From contig CAWBQK010000015.1 in NCBI GenBank assembly GCA_963791045.1, positions 64,001 to 128,000 on the forward strand: a DNA stretch of 64,000 bases. The letters run 5' to 3'. The position numbers were made by a program, and so were the translations under genes. Shown one piece after another: positions 41,177-51,190 of this stretch. Origin of the DNA: Candidatus Latescibacterota bacterium. Its GTDB lineage: Bacteria; Krumholzibacteriota; Krumholzibacteriia; WVZY01. How positions within the stretch are numbered: the stretch's first letter is position 1; each line of letters begins with the position of its first letter. A model generated the notes under the pieces. That model saw only the letters and a list, made by a program, of their open reading frames with translations, ran no database searches and was not told where the DNA came from.

Positions 41177-43018
41177 TTGGTCCGATTGCCGCGGCCACCG
41201 GTCGCAATCTGCATGATTCTGGCTTTGATTGTTCTCGCCGTCCCCGTGAAGGACGCCGGTGCCGGCGTGTCCCTGTACCGGTCGGAGCAGGTGGAGAACG
41301 GAGCCCGCAAGATCCCGATCCTCGCCCAAATGTCATATCGGAATGCCCTCGCCGCGCTCGACGATGGAGACAAAGTCCAGGCGGAGAAACAACTGCTTCT
41401 GGCGATCAGGTATGATCCCGACTACTCGGACGCGTATTTCACTCTGGCTCGAATAAAGGCCCTGAGTCTTCAGCCCGACGCGCCCGTTTATTTGTTCCAG
41501 GCCGTCGAATCTTTGTGGCGAACATTCCGGACACAAAAACTGCTCGCCGTAAACGGCGCCGCCGCCGTGTCGTTCGTGTTGATCGCCCTGAACCTTTTGG
41601 CGTGTTTGGCGTTTGCAATAAAGTACCTCCCGTTCGTCGCGCACAAGCTTTCCGAAACTCTCGAGAAACGTTTTAACACGGCGTTCCCCGGCTTCGTCAG
41701 CTACCTGATTCTTCTTTCGCCCGTGGTCGCGTTCGTCGGGACGGTAATCCCGCTCGCGTACCTTACCGTGCTTTGCTGGTTGTTCATGTTCCGCAGGGAG
41801 AGAGTGTTGATCTTCGCCTTGATGGCGCCACTCATTGTGGCGGGAATCGTCGATCGGCATGTGCAGCTCGCCGAGATTTTGACCAACCCAAAATCATTGA
41901 CATCGCTCGTTGATCGAGCGAACGAAAGCGCCGGCGATGACTATTTGATCACCGAGATTGGGCGGACACAAAGAACGGGACTTGAGGCCGAAAAGAATCT
42001 TGCCCTCGGCCTTCTTCATTACAAAAAGGGCTCGTACTACGACGCATCGGAAAATCTTTTTAAGTCTACATCTCTCCAACCGGAGAATACGGCCAACTAT
42101 ATCAACCTGGGAAATGTCCACTTCATGCAGGGCGAGTACGAGAAAGCTCTGCAGGGTTACCGCAAGGCCGAAGTTATCGACCCCGTGGATCCGGTCTGTC
42201 AGTATAACCTTGCTCAGGCGTACATCAAGACGCTGATGATGAAGAAGGCGTCGCAGTCGCTTCACACGGCGTCCGAAGGCGGTATCGAGCACGAGAAAAG
42301 CCGGTATGCCCCGGACGCGCTCGATGCCCAGCTTGTATTTCCAAAACTTTTTTCGAGACAAGAGCTGTGGGCGTTGGCACTGAAGGAATCAAAGCTCCAG
42401 GTCGATTCCGCATCAATCGGGGCACTATCCGGTTTTGCCGGGATACCGCGCCGGGCCGGAGCAATACTGCTTCTTCTGACGCTTGCCGCCGCTGTAATCC
42501 TTTCGCGTCTCGTCAAGCCGGAGAAGCTGACATTTCAGTGTTCCAACTGCGGCAATCTTACGTGCAACACTTGCTGCAGCAATGACCGGGACATGAGCCT
42601 TTGCGCGGACTGCGCCGAGACCATCAAAACCGTTTCATCCGAGAAAGTCGTTGACGCGCTTCTTCGTCAGAAACGCCAGAGCGTGCTCGTGCGCCGCAAA
42701 AAATCGACACGAGTCGTCTCCATGCTTCTCCCCGGCATTCGGGATATTTTCTACGGCCGCGTCGGACGCGCCGTCTTTGTCGCCGGTTTGTTTTCGATAT
42801 CACTCACGTTTTTGATTTTCCGCGGCGCAATCGTAAAAGACCCATTCGCCGTAGTTGTACAAACGCCTCTTTGGAAGTTGATTCTTCCCGTTATCGGAAT
42901 CGTGTTTTCGTATGTATTGGCAGGCGCATCCAAACCAAATTTCAAGTTCAGGACTCAGCGATACGGTGGCCAATCGTCACGCCCCGTTGATACGGGCAAG
43001 TCGGCCAACGCCGCATAA
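41177..43018 (+). CDS. Polytopic membrane protein with TPR repeats and a Cys-rich zinc-finger-like motif
   Basis: AAAGGAG then TTG start, signal-like N-terminus, TPRs (YINLGNVHF, YNLAQAY), CxxCGxxxCxxC...CxxC. Confidence 0.8.
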   Translation: MVRLPRPPVAICMILALIVLAVPVKDAGAGVSLYRSEQVENGARKIPILAQMSYRNALAALDDGDKVQAEKQLLLAIRYDPDYSDAYFTLARIKALSLQPDAPVYLFQAVESLWRTFRTQKLLAVNGAAAVSFVLIALNLLACLAFAIKYLPFVAHKLSETLEKRFNTAFPGFVSYLILLSPVVAFVGTVIPLAYLTVLCWLFMFRRERVLIFALMAPLIVAGIVDRHVQLAEILTNPKSLTSLVDRANESAGDDYLITEIGRTQRTGLEAEKNLALGLLHYKKGSYYDASENLFKSTSLQPENTANYINLGNVHFMQGEYEKALQGYRKAEVIDPVDPVCQYNLAQAYIKTLMMKKASQSLHTASEGGIEHEKSRYAPDALDAQLVFPKLFSRQELWALALKESKLQVDSASIGALSGFAGIPRRAGAILLLLTLAAAVILSRLVKPEKLTFQCSNCGNLTCNTCCSNDRDMSLCADCAETIKTVSSEKVVDALLRQKRQSVLVRRKKSTRVVSMLLPGIRDIFYGRVGRAVFVAGLFSISLTFLIFRGAIVKDPFAVVVQTPLWKLILPVIGIVFSYVLAGASKPNFKFRTQRYGGQSSRPVDTGKSANAA

Positions 43019-43038
43019 CCTGAACCGGAGCAAACAAC

Positions 43039-44145
43039 ATGTCGCTCGAAGGAAATCTGACAACTTTTGGACTATCCGAAATTCTCCAATTGATTGCCGT
43101 CCAGCAGAAAACGGGGATGCTCGCGATTACCCGGCAGAGCAGCTCGATGAAGTTGTTCTTCCGAGAGGGCAAAATCGTCTCGACGAGAGACAGACGCCGG
43201 AGCGCACGGGATCCATTCGCCGATTATCTCGCCCGATACGGCATTACCTCGCGCGACGAACTGGTGCGGCTTAATGAAATCAGCACACAGTCCAAGCTCG
43301 ACGTGACGGACGTCATGATTTCCGAGGGTCTTTTCGACGATGAATCGCTTCTGCGGCATTACCACCACCACGTCCAGGAAACCGTGCACGACATTCTCAC
43401 ATGGGAACAGTGCAGCTATCGGTTTATCGCCGGGCAAGAGATCGTAAACGGGGCCAAAATCCATTGTGAAATCAATGTCGAGGGCCTGCTCATGGAAAGC
43501 ATGCGGCGAATCGACGAATTCCCACAAATGCTCACCGAATTTCCGGACGGAGAGATAACCATCCGCCGGAAATCGCAGCCCGGGGGCGATAGCGAACTCA
43601 CGCGAGTTGAGACAAACATATTAGAAATGCTTTCCGAAGACAGGACGATTAACGACATCGCCGCACACGCGCAAGTCCCGCGATTCGATACATATGAGGC
43701 TCTGAGACATCTCAGTGAAAAGGACCTCATCGAGGCGGAGATCAGCAAGGCCAACGAACCCGAATTGGACATCGAGAAAAAAATCGCCGCCAAGCGCAAA
43801 AGGCGCCCGAGACGGAACCCTCTGCCCCTGCTGGCAGCATTTTCCGTTTTTGCCGTCTGCAGTTTGTGGGGCGCGAAGCAGATGACGCCCGTCGTGACAA
43901 AGGTTCTTTCGCTCGACCCCGGCAAGACGGTCACCGCGGAGAAAACCCAACACGAGCGGGACACGGTGGAAATGGAACTCCGTTGGTCGCTTGAAAGTTA
44001 CCGGGCCAGCTTCGGCACATACCCGGCACAGCTTTCAAGACTCGAAGATCGCGGGCTCGCATCGACGTCGCTCCTCGAAAGGGCCGGCCGCTACTCTTTC
44101 AGATACTATTTGACTCCAGAAACGGGCAGATATACCCTCTTGTAA
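43039..44145 (+). CDS. DUF4388 (PatA-N-like) domain membrane protein with GspG/pilin-like C-terminus
   Basis: MSLEGNL...EILQLI...KTG-L...FREGKIV, LLMESMRRIDE, a TM segment, then LESYRASFGTYPAQL. Confidence 0.8.
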   Translation: MSLEGNLTTFGLSEILQLIAVQQKTGMLAITRQSSSMKLFFREGKIVSTRDRRRSARDPFADYLARYGITSRDELVRLNEISTQSKLDVTDVMISEGLFDDESLLRHYHHHVQETVHDILTWEQCSYRFIAGQEIVNGAKIHCEINVEGLLMESMRRIDEFPQMLTEFPDGEITIRRKSQPGGDSELTRVETNILEMLSEDRTINDIAAHAQVPRFDTYEALRHLSEKDLIEAEISKANEPELDIEKKIAAKRKRRPRRNPLPLLAAFSVFAVCSLWGAKQMTPVVTKVLSLDPGKTVTAEKTQHERDTVEMELRWSLESYRASFGTYPAQLSRLEDRGLASTSLLERAGRYSFRYYLTPETGRYTLL

Positions 44146-44178
44146 CTTTTCCGCGTTGGCTCATAACCCTCCCCCTCG

Positions 44179-45132
44179 TTGTCAATTGTGCGTATTGTTA
44201 TCCGCATATGTGATTTCTTGTTCGTCTGCCGCCCGGTCATTCTGATCCCGGCGTGGAGCTTCTATTTGATAGGCGCCGCGGCCGGCCTCGACTCGCATAC
44301 CCACCCACGCGCTTTCTTCCCTTCACCGCTGACTGCGGCGTGTTTGACGGCGATTCTGGTGACGGCGTATCTCCTCAACCAGGTTTTTGATACCGAATCC
44401 GACACGCGCAACAACAAGTGCCTTTTCATCGCGCGGGGCGTGTTGGGGACCCGCACGGTCGTTTTTATGGCCGTGGGTTTCTTCCTCGCCGCATCCATCG
44501 CGTACCGGAGGGTCGACGCCATCCACCGCATCCCGCTCTTCGTCGCGCTCTTGCTTGCCCTATTGTATTCGCTTCCGCCGGTTCGGCTTTGCGCAAGACC
44601 CTTTTTCGATATGTTCGCCAACGCCATCGGCTACGGGGGCGTCGCCTTTGTACTCGGCTTCAACGCGTACGACCCGTCGATAACCGGCGCCGCATGGATT
44701 GCGGCCCCGTATATCCTCCTGGTCGCGGCGACGTTTGTTCACACGACGATTCTCGATTACGATGGGGACCGCGAAGCGGGGAAGATTAGCACCAGCGTCT
44801 TGATCGGGCTTGGGGCTTCGACGTACCTGGCGGGCGCGCTCCACGCGGCGGCGTTCATCATCGCGCTCCTGGCGGGAAAACCGGCGGCGATAATCGTCAC
44901 GGGAGCAACGCTCCCGGTTTTGTTCTACACGTTCGTCAAACGAACACAGCGGGCCAGCTCGTTTCTCATCCAGGCAAATACGCTCGTTGTCACCATCGCC
45001 GCGGCGGTAGCATGGCCGCTGTATCTCGCCATCGTGGTACCGCTCATTTTACTTTCGCGTTTTTACCATGCGCGGCGATTCGGGATCATCTATCCCGGCC
45101 CCGGAACGAGAGATTCTTCGCGAGCGGAGTGA
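44179..45132 (+). CDS. UbiA superfamily prenyltransferase
   Basis: Polytopic; NQVFDTESD and LDYDGDREAGK Asp-rich motifs; YSLPP. Confidence 0.85.
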   Translation: MSIVRIVIRICDFLFVCRPVILIPAWSFYLIGAAAGLDSHTHPRAFFPSPLTAACLTAILVTAYLLNQVFDTESDTRNNKCLFIARGVLGTRTVVFMAVGFFLAASIAYRRVDAIHRIPLFVALLLALLYSLPPVRLCARPFFDMFANAIGYGGVAFVLGFNAYDPSITGAAWIAAPYILLVAATFVHTTILDYDGDREAGKISTSVLIGLGASTYLAGALHAAAFIIALLAGKPAAIIVTGATLPVLFYTFVKRTQRASSFLIQANTLVVTIAAAVAWPLYLAIVVPLILLSRFYHARRFGIIYPGPGTRDSSRAE

Positions 45133-45964
45133 GGACGGAAAGCCCGTTTATCACCCGGCACTTCATCTCCTCGAACCAGAAGAAACCGGAACGCTCGAGC
45201 TTCCAGCCCAAAGAAACAGTCGTATCAATGATGTACACGCCGTTTCGACGCAGGCAGAACCAGTCCACGTATTCGTTGGTGTGACGCGGATACAACGAGA
45301 AGGCGCCCGTGTACCCGGCCGCTTCGACCGCGGCCCGGCTCGGCCCGTCGTACCGGCCGAACGGGTACGAGAAACTCAAAACCTCAACGTCAGTGCGATC
45401 GCTTATCATCTTGCGGGAGTCGACGATTTCCGCCTCAAGCTCTCCACCAGACAAACGGGTCACGTCCGCGTGCGACATGCCGTGCGATCCGAACCTGGCC
45501 CCACGCCGGGCCATTTCCTCCACCTGGTCCCAGGACAGATGAGCGAACGGCGGACGTCCGAGGGAGAGATCCCAGGTGTTCTCCTTCCCCGCAAAATCCG
45601 CAACGAGAAAAACGAGCGCCGGAATCCCGCGGGGGACAAGATCCTCGACGAACACGTCGAAGAGTTCCTGATAGCCGTCGTCGAATGTCAGCAGGATTTT
45701 TTTGGCATTTGCGGGTATACGGCGCAGGAGTGAGTCGTAGTATTCCTCTTCGCCGATGAACGTGTACCCGCGGTCGATGAGAAAGTCGAGCTGTTCGACG
45801 AACCTGCGGCGGGGCATCCACGTACCTTCAAAACAGAAACTGTCGCTGAATTTGTGATAGCACAGAACACGCGGGACGTCTTCCGGGGGAAAGCGATACC
45901 GGGACCTCCACCTCATATAGAGGAGCGCCAGAATAGCGACGACTATAACGGCAAAGGCGATCAT
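45086..45964 (-). CDS. Membrane-anchored polysaccharide deacetylase (CE4)
   Basis: N-terminal TM; LCYH, LTFDDGY, GSHGMSH and SYPFG motifs. Confidence 0.9.
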   Translation of the reverse strand: MIAFAVIVVAILALLYMRWRSRYRFPPEDVPRVLCYHKFSDSFCFEGTWMPRRRFVEQLDFLIDRGYTFIGEEEYYDSLLRRIPANAKKILLTFDDGYQELFDVFVEDLVPRGIPALVFLVADFAGKENTWDLSLGRPPFAHLSWDQVEEMARRGARFGSHGMSHADVTRLSGGELEAEIVDSRKMISDRTDVEVLSFSYPFGRYDGPSRAAVEAAGYTGAFSLYPRHTNEYVDWFCLRRNGVYIIDTTVSLGWKLERSGFFWFEEMKCRVINGLSVLTPLAKNLSFRGRDR

Positions 45965-46121
45965 GAATTCCTGGTTCCGGAGCCGGCTCGTGCTCCCCCG
46001 GCGGGGCGGGTCTTACGGTTCAACTTGAACGACACCCCACAATGTGTTAGCGTTGCCTCTCGCTTTATCGTGGCGACAAGAAAAAACGATACTCAAATTC
46101 GATCCTGCATTGGAGGCATAA

Positions 46122-47231
46122 ATGATAATCGGTATCCCACGTGAGATCAAATCAAACGAGGCACGTGTTGCAATGACTCCGGAAGGAGTTAAGGCGGCAA
46201 GCATTCATGGGCACGATGTTTTTGTCGAAACATCGGCGGGCACGGGGAGTGGGTTTCCCGACAGCGATTACGAACAAGCTGGGGCCACAATCCTGGGCAC
46301 GGCGGAGGAAGTCTGGGCAAAAGCGGAGATGGTGGTCAAAGTAAAAGAGCCTCTCCCAAGCGAATACGGATACCTGCGGGAAGATCTGATTCTCTTTACC
46401 TATCTTCATCTCGCCGCCGACCGCAAACAAACCGACGCCCTGCTCGAGAGCAAGACGACGGGCATCAGCTACGAAACCATCGAGCTACCCAATGGGGCGC
46501 TCCCCCTCCTCATGCCGATGAGCGAAGTCGCGGGCAGGCTTTCCGTCCAGGTCGGCACCTGGGCCCTCGAAGCCCCCAACGGTGGACGCGGCATCCTTCT
46601 TTCGGGTGTCAGCGGCGTGGCACCGGGCCGAGTGCTCGTGCTTGGAGCCGGCACTGCGGGTAAGAACGCGATCCGCATCGCGATGGGAATGGGAGCACGG
46701 GTCGTTGTGATCGATATCGATCCGTTCAAACTCCGGTATCTCGACGACATCTACCACGGGCGCCTGACGACGCTCGTCGGCAATGCGGCGAATATCGAAC
46801 AGGAACTGGCGCGCGCGGACATGGTAATCGGCGCCGTTCTTCTCGCCGGAGCGAAGGCCCCGAAACTGATAAAGCGGGACCACCTCAAGAATATGAAGAA
46901 AGGATCCGTCATCGTCGATGTTTCGATCGACCAGGGCGGAATCGCGGAAACGAGCAAGCCGACGACCCACGCGGACCCCGTTTATAACGTCGACGGCGTG
47001 GTCCACTACTGCGTGGCCAACATGCCCGGCGCCGTCCCGGTTACCAGCACGGCGGCACTGACCAACGCGACGCTCCCGTACATCCTTGAGGTCGCTGACC
47101 TGACACCCCTTGAAGCGGCAAAGAAGAGTCTCCCGCTGGCGATGGGTTTCAACACCTACGCGGGCAAAATCACATGCCCCGGTGTTGCCGAGGCGTTCGA
47201 ATTGCCGTTGGGTAAACTGCCGCTGGAGTAG
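46122..47231 (+). CDS. ald: Alanine dehydrogenase
   Basis: IGIPREIK, KVKEP, FTYLHLA, PMSEVAGR, DQGG and YCVANMPGAVP motifs. Confidence 0.96.
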   Translation: MIIGIPREIKSNEARVAMTPEGVKAASIHGHDVFVETSAGTGSGFPDSDYEQAGATILGTAEEVWAKAEMVVKVKEPLPSEYGYLREDLILFTYLHLAADRKQTDALLESKTTGISYETIELPNGALPLLMPMSEVAGRLSVQVGTWALEAPNGGRGILLSGVSGVAPGRVLVLGAGTAGKNAIRIAMGMGARVVVIDIDPFKLRYLDDIYHGRLTTLVGNAANIEQELARADMVIGAVLLAGAKAPKLIKRDHLKNMKKGSVIVDVSIDQGGIAETSKPTTHADPVYNVDGVVHYCVANMPGAVPVTSTAALTNATLPYILEVADLTPLEAAKKSLPLAMGFNTYAGKITCPGVAEAFELPLGKLPLE

Positions 47232-47252
47232 CGGCGGGATTAGTGAAGATCG

Positions 47253-48527
47253 TCAGGAGCGGGTGAGCCCGAGACCGGCCGATGAGGGCCCGAGGCTTAC
47301 GATCGTGTTTTTGTCACTGTCGAGGAGATCCGACGCCGATTCAAGGACGTCGTCGAGGGTGACCCGATCGATTCTGTCGATGATTTCTTTCTCGCTTGTT
47401 TGTCGCCCGTAATAGATCTCGTTACGGGCGATTCTCATCATCTTTGCCGCCGATGTTTCCAGACCGAGGAGTATTTTGCCCTTGAGATGTTCCTTCGTGT
47501 CGCTCAACTCTTCTTCTCCGACATCGCCGTTTTTCAACTTTTCCAGTTCACGAAATACCTCGGCTATTGCGGCGCCCGCGTTGGCGGGCTTGACGGCGAG
47601 ATACGTTCCCACCATACCGGCGTCCCTGGCCGTTTCGGAATAGGTAAAAACGGAGTATGCGTAACCGAGTTCTTCGCGGATACGCTGGAACAAGCGCGAA
47701 CTCATCCCGCCGCCGAAAAGCGTGGTCAACACGGTTAGCGCGAAGCGGCGTTCGTCAAGATACGAACACGCCCTGCCGCCGATACAGATATGCTGATGAT
47801 GAAGTTTTCGCCGGTGATACCGGCGCGCTGGTTGGTGGCGGCCCAACTTCCTGGTGGTGTGGCTCACGCCACCGTCCCGGAACCGGAACGCCAGGTCACA
47901 GATTTGTCGGCGCAGCGCCTTGTCGAACTTTCCGAATACTGAAATCACGATGTTGCTCTGGCGAAAGTGCCGTCGCGAGAATCTGAGCAACGCTTTTCTG
48001 TCGAAAGCGGCAACCGTCTCGGGCGAACCCAGGATCGGCTTGCCCATCGGGTGATCGGGGAACACTTCAGACGCGAAGAGGTCGTGGATGACGTCGTCCG
48101 GCGCATCGAGCACGTCGCTGATCTCCTCCAAAACAACCTGTTTCTCGAGTTCGATCTGATCGGGCGGAAATGTCGAACGCATGAACATGTCATCAAGCAC
48201 ATCGACAGCCAGGCCCGCGTGACTCTGGAGAACCTGTGCGAAGAGACAAATCTGTTCCTTGGTTGTAAACGCGTCCAGGGATCCGCCGATTTTCTCGAGC
48301 GCCTGGGAGATTTCGAAGGGGGTGCGCGTCGTCGTGCCTTTGAAGAGCATGTGCTCGAGGAAATGGCTCAACCCTTCCTCGCCGGCCCGTTCGTCCCGCG
48401 AACCGGTTTTTATCCACACGCCAATACAGAACGCGCGCGAAAACGGGTTGTCCTGGTGCAATACCGTGACCCCGTTTTCGCCCACGTATCTTTTTACGCG
48501 TGGTGTTCGGAAAGGTGTGGAAACCAT
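47253..48527 (-). CDS. M16 family (pitrilysin-like) zinc peptidase
   Basis: GLSHFLEHMLFKGT (HxxEH) and SSRLFQRIRE; follows pnp. Confidence 0.93.
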   Translation of the reverse strand: MVSTPFRTPRVKRYVGENGVTVLHQDNPFSRAFCIGVWIKTGSRDERAGEEGLSHFLEHMLFKGTTTRTPFEISQALEKIGGSLDAFTTKEQICLFAQVLQSHAGLAVDVLDDMFMRSTFPPDQIELEKQVVLEEISDVLDAPDDVIHDLFASEVFPDHPMGKPILGSPETVAAFDRKALLRFSRRHFRQSNIVISVFGKFDKALRRQICDLAFRFRDGGVSHTTRKLGRHQPARRYHRRKLHHQHICIGGRACSYLDERRFALTVLTTLFGGGMSSRLFQRIREELGYAYSVFTYSETARDAGMVGTYLAVKPANAGAAIAEVFRELEKLKNGDVGEEELSDTKEHLKGKILLGLETSAAKMMRIARNEIYYGRQTSEKEIIDRIDRVTLDDVLESASDLLDSDKNTIVSLGPSSAGLGLTRS

Positions 48528-48537
48528 CTGAGAAAGA

Positions 48538-50667
48538 TCAACGCCTACGCGATCGGTCTCGGCCTCGATCTCTGTCGTCGGATGAGCCTTCCGGCGCCTC
48601 TTCGAGCGCCTTCTTGCTCAGACGAACCTTGCCGTCCGAGTTGACCTCGATAACCTTGACCTTGAGAATGTCGCCGACTTTCAACACATCCTCGACCTTG
48701 TCGATCCGATGATGCGCGATTTCCGAAATGTGGAGCAAGCCGTCCTTGCCGGGAAGAATTTCTACGAAAGCTCCAAAATTCACGACGCTCTTGACGGTGC
48801 CCTCGTAAATCTGGCCGACCTCGGCTTCGGCGGTGATCTCTTCGATCCGCTTGAGAGCGATATCGGAGGATTCCTTGCCGACAGCGGCGATTTTTACGGT
48901 TCCGTCGTCATCGATTTCGATGGTTGCTCCGGATTCTTCCTGGATTCCGCGGATGATCTTGCCGCCCGGGCCGATGATTTCACGGATCTTGTCGACGGGG
49001 ATCTTGATCATTGTGATCTTGGGCGCGAACACCGAGATTTCTTCGCGGGCGGTATCGATGGTGCCGTTCATGACTCCAAGAATATGTACGCGCCCGTCAC
49101 GAGCCTGGTTGAGGGCTTTCGTGAGAACCTCTTCGGTGACGCCGGCAACCTTGCAGTCCATCTGGAAAGCGGTAACACCGTTCTCGGTTCCCGTCACCTT
49201 GAAATCCATGTCGCCGAGATGGTCTTCGGCGCCCAGGATATCGCTCAAAACGGCGACCTTGCCGTCCTCGATCACGAGCCCCATCGCGATCCCCGCGACG
49301 GGCTTTTTAATCGGAACGCCGCCGTCCATGAGCGCGAGGCTCCCGCCGCATACGGTGGCCATTGAACTCGAACCGTTCGACTCGAGAACATCGGAGACGA
49401 GACGGACAGTGTACGGGAAGTCATCCTCGACGGGGATCAACGGTTTCAGCGCGCGTTCGGCCAGCGCGCCGTGTCCGATTTCACGCCGTCCCGGGCCGCG
49501 GATCGGGCCGACTTCACCGACGCTGAACGACGGGAAGTTGTAATGAAGCATGTAACGCTTCCAGTTCTCACCCTCGATCGTATCGAGCATCTGCTCGTCC
49601 CGCGCGGTCCCGAGGGTCAAAGCGACGAGGCTTTGTGTTTCCCCACGGGTAAACAACGCGGACCCGTGCGTACGGGGCAGCACGCCGACTTCGCAGGAGA
49701 TGTCGCGGATATCCGTCCACTTCCTGCCATCGATACGAACGGCATCATCGAGAACCATCCGGCGCATTTCCTTTTTCTCGATTCCTTCGAGTTGCTTGCC
49801 GATGTACTCTTCGTGGTCGGGATACTGTTCGACAAAGGCTTCGAGCGCTTCGGTGTGAACGGCCTGCATCGCATTCTGGCGATCCATTTTGCCTTTTATG
49901 CGGAGGTTCTGTTTGATCGAATCGAGATATTTTTCTTCGACAGCCTGGTCGATTTCCTCAACAACGACGGCCTCAGGGATCGCGCGTTTCTCCTGCGCTC
50001 CCGTCTTCTCGACGAGCTCACGCTGGAGTGCGTTGAGTTTCTTGATCTCTTCGTGCCCGAAAGAAATCGCTCGGAGAATTTCTTCTTCGGATACTTCGTC
50101 GGCGCCACCTTCCACCATGATCACCGCATCGTCGGACCCGGCAACAATGATGTCGATCGTGCTTTCCTCAATCTGGTCCGTAGTAGGATTGACGACAAAG
50201 TCTTCGCCCACCTTGCCCACGCGCACGCCGGAGATCTCCGCGCCAATTGGAATATTTGAAAGAGCGAAAGCGGCCGAGGCACCGGTGATTCCGAGTACAT
50301 CGGGTTGGTTCTGGCCGTCATAGCTCAATACCTGCGCGAAAATCTGGGTTTCGAACATAAAGTTCTTGTCGAACAGGGGGCGGATCGGTCGGTCGATCAA
50401 ACGAGCGGTAAGAGTTTCCTTCTCGCCGGGACGGCCTTCCCTTTTGAAGAACCCACCTGGGATTCTCCCCGCGGCGTACGCCTTTTCCCTGTACTCCACA
50501 AATAGAGGAAGATAGTCCCGATCGGTCGGCCTTTGGCTCGACACCACGGTAACCAGCACGATGGTGTCACCGTGTTGCATCAACACGGAACCGTCGGCCT
50601 GCTTGGCCATGCGACCGGTCTCGATCGAGAGACTGGATCCATTAATCACAGAAGTGACGTTAGTCAT
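48538..50667 (-). CDS. pnp: Polyribonucleotide nucleotidyltransferase
   Basis: Two RNase PH domains (RREIGHG, SNGSSSMA, GDMDFKV), KH and S1 domains. Confidence 0.98.
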   Translation of the reverse strand: MTNVTSVINGSSLSIETGRMAKQADGSVLMQHGDTIVLVTVVSSQRPTDRDYLPLFVEYREKAYAAGRIPGGFFKREGRPGEKETLTARLIDRPIRPLFDKNFMFETQIFAQVLSYDGQNQPDVLGITGASAAFALSNIPIGAEISGVRVGKVGEDFVVNPTTDQIEESTIDIIVAGSDDAVIMVEGGADEVSEEEILRAISFGHEEIKKLNALQRELVEKTGAQEKRAIPEAVVVEEIDQAVEEKYLDSIKQNLRIKGKMDRQNAMQAVHTEALEAFVEQYPDHEEYIGKQLEGIEKKEMRRMVLDDAVRIDGRKWTDIRDISCEVGVLPRTHGSALFTRGETQSLVALTLGTARDEQMLDTIEGENWKRYMLHYNFPSFSVGEVGPIRGPGRREIGHGALAERALKPLIPVEDDFPYTVRLVSDVLESNGSSSMATVCGGSLALMDGGVPIKKPVAGIAMGLVIEDGKVAVLSDILGAEDHLGDMDFKVTGTENGVTAFQMDCKVAGVTEEVLTKALNQARDGRVHILGVMNGTIDTAREEISVFAPKITMIKIPVDKIREIIGPGGKIIRGIQEESGATIEIDDDGTVKIAAVGKESSDIALKRIEEITAEAEVGQIYEGTVKSVVNFGAFVEILPGKDGLLHISEIAHHRIDKVEDVLKVGDILKVKVIEVNSDGKVRLSKKALEEAPEGSSDDRDRGRDRSRRR

Positions 50668-50721
50668 ACAAACCTACCAGTATTCAAAATGAATTGGAGA
50701 TAAATGCGAAAAAGACAGTGA

Positions 50722-50991
50722 CTACTTCCGCAAATTCAGTTGTTTTAGCATTGCCCTGTAGTTCTCGACCTTCTTGTTCTTAAGATAGTCAAGAAGCTTG
50801 CGCCGTCTTCCGACGAGCTTGAGGAGACCGCGCCGCGAGGCGTGATCTTTCTTATGAACCTGAAAATGGTCGGTCAGCTGGCGGATACGCTCGGTAAGCA
50901 AAGCAATCTGAACTTCGGCGGAGCCAGAATCATGTTCATGCAGCTTGTACTTTTCGATGATCTCCTGTTTCTGCTCTGCATTAAGCGCCAT
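50722..50991 (-). CDS. rpsO: 30S ribosomal protein S15
   Basis: [48 protein letters not shown]. Confidence 0.98.
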   Translation of the reverse strand: MALNAEQKQEIIEKYKLHEHDSGSAEVQIALLTERIRQLTDHFQVHKKDHASRRGLLKLVGRRRKLLDYLKNKKVENYRAMLKQLNLRK

Positions 50992-51000
50992 CGTCAATGC

Positions 51001-51080
51001 ACCTCCTTAAGATTGCGACACGATGGCCGCAGCCCGAGCGAATCGTGGGGAACAGCTCGAGCCGCTATGATTCAAGTCGC
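51001..51080 (-). promoter_or_regulatory. Structured rpsO leader (stem plus pseudoknot), probable S15 autoregulatory element
   Basis: 11-bp stem GCGGCUCGAGC/GCUCGGGCUGC; loop CACGAU complementary to AUCGUG just 3' of the stem. Confidence 0.6.
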
Positions 51081-51083
51081 TGA

Positions 51084-51112
51084 AAACTAACATACGACTA
51101 TTTGATTGTAAA
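51084..51112 (-). promoter_or_regulatory. Sigma70 promoter for rpsO-pnp
   Basis: TTTACA, 17 bp, TAGTTT with extended TG. Confidence 0.55.
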
Positions 51113-51190
51113 GCAATATCTGTGCACAATACCGCAAGCCACGGACACAAAATCGGCCCAAACACCGGATACCGGATGTAAACCGGGTCA

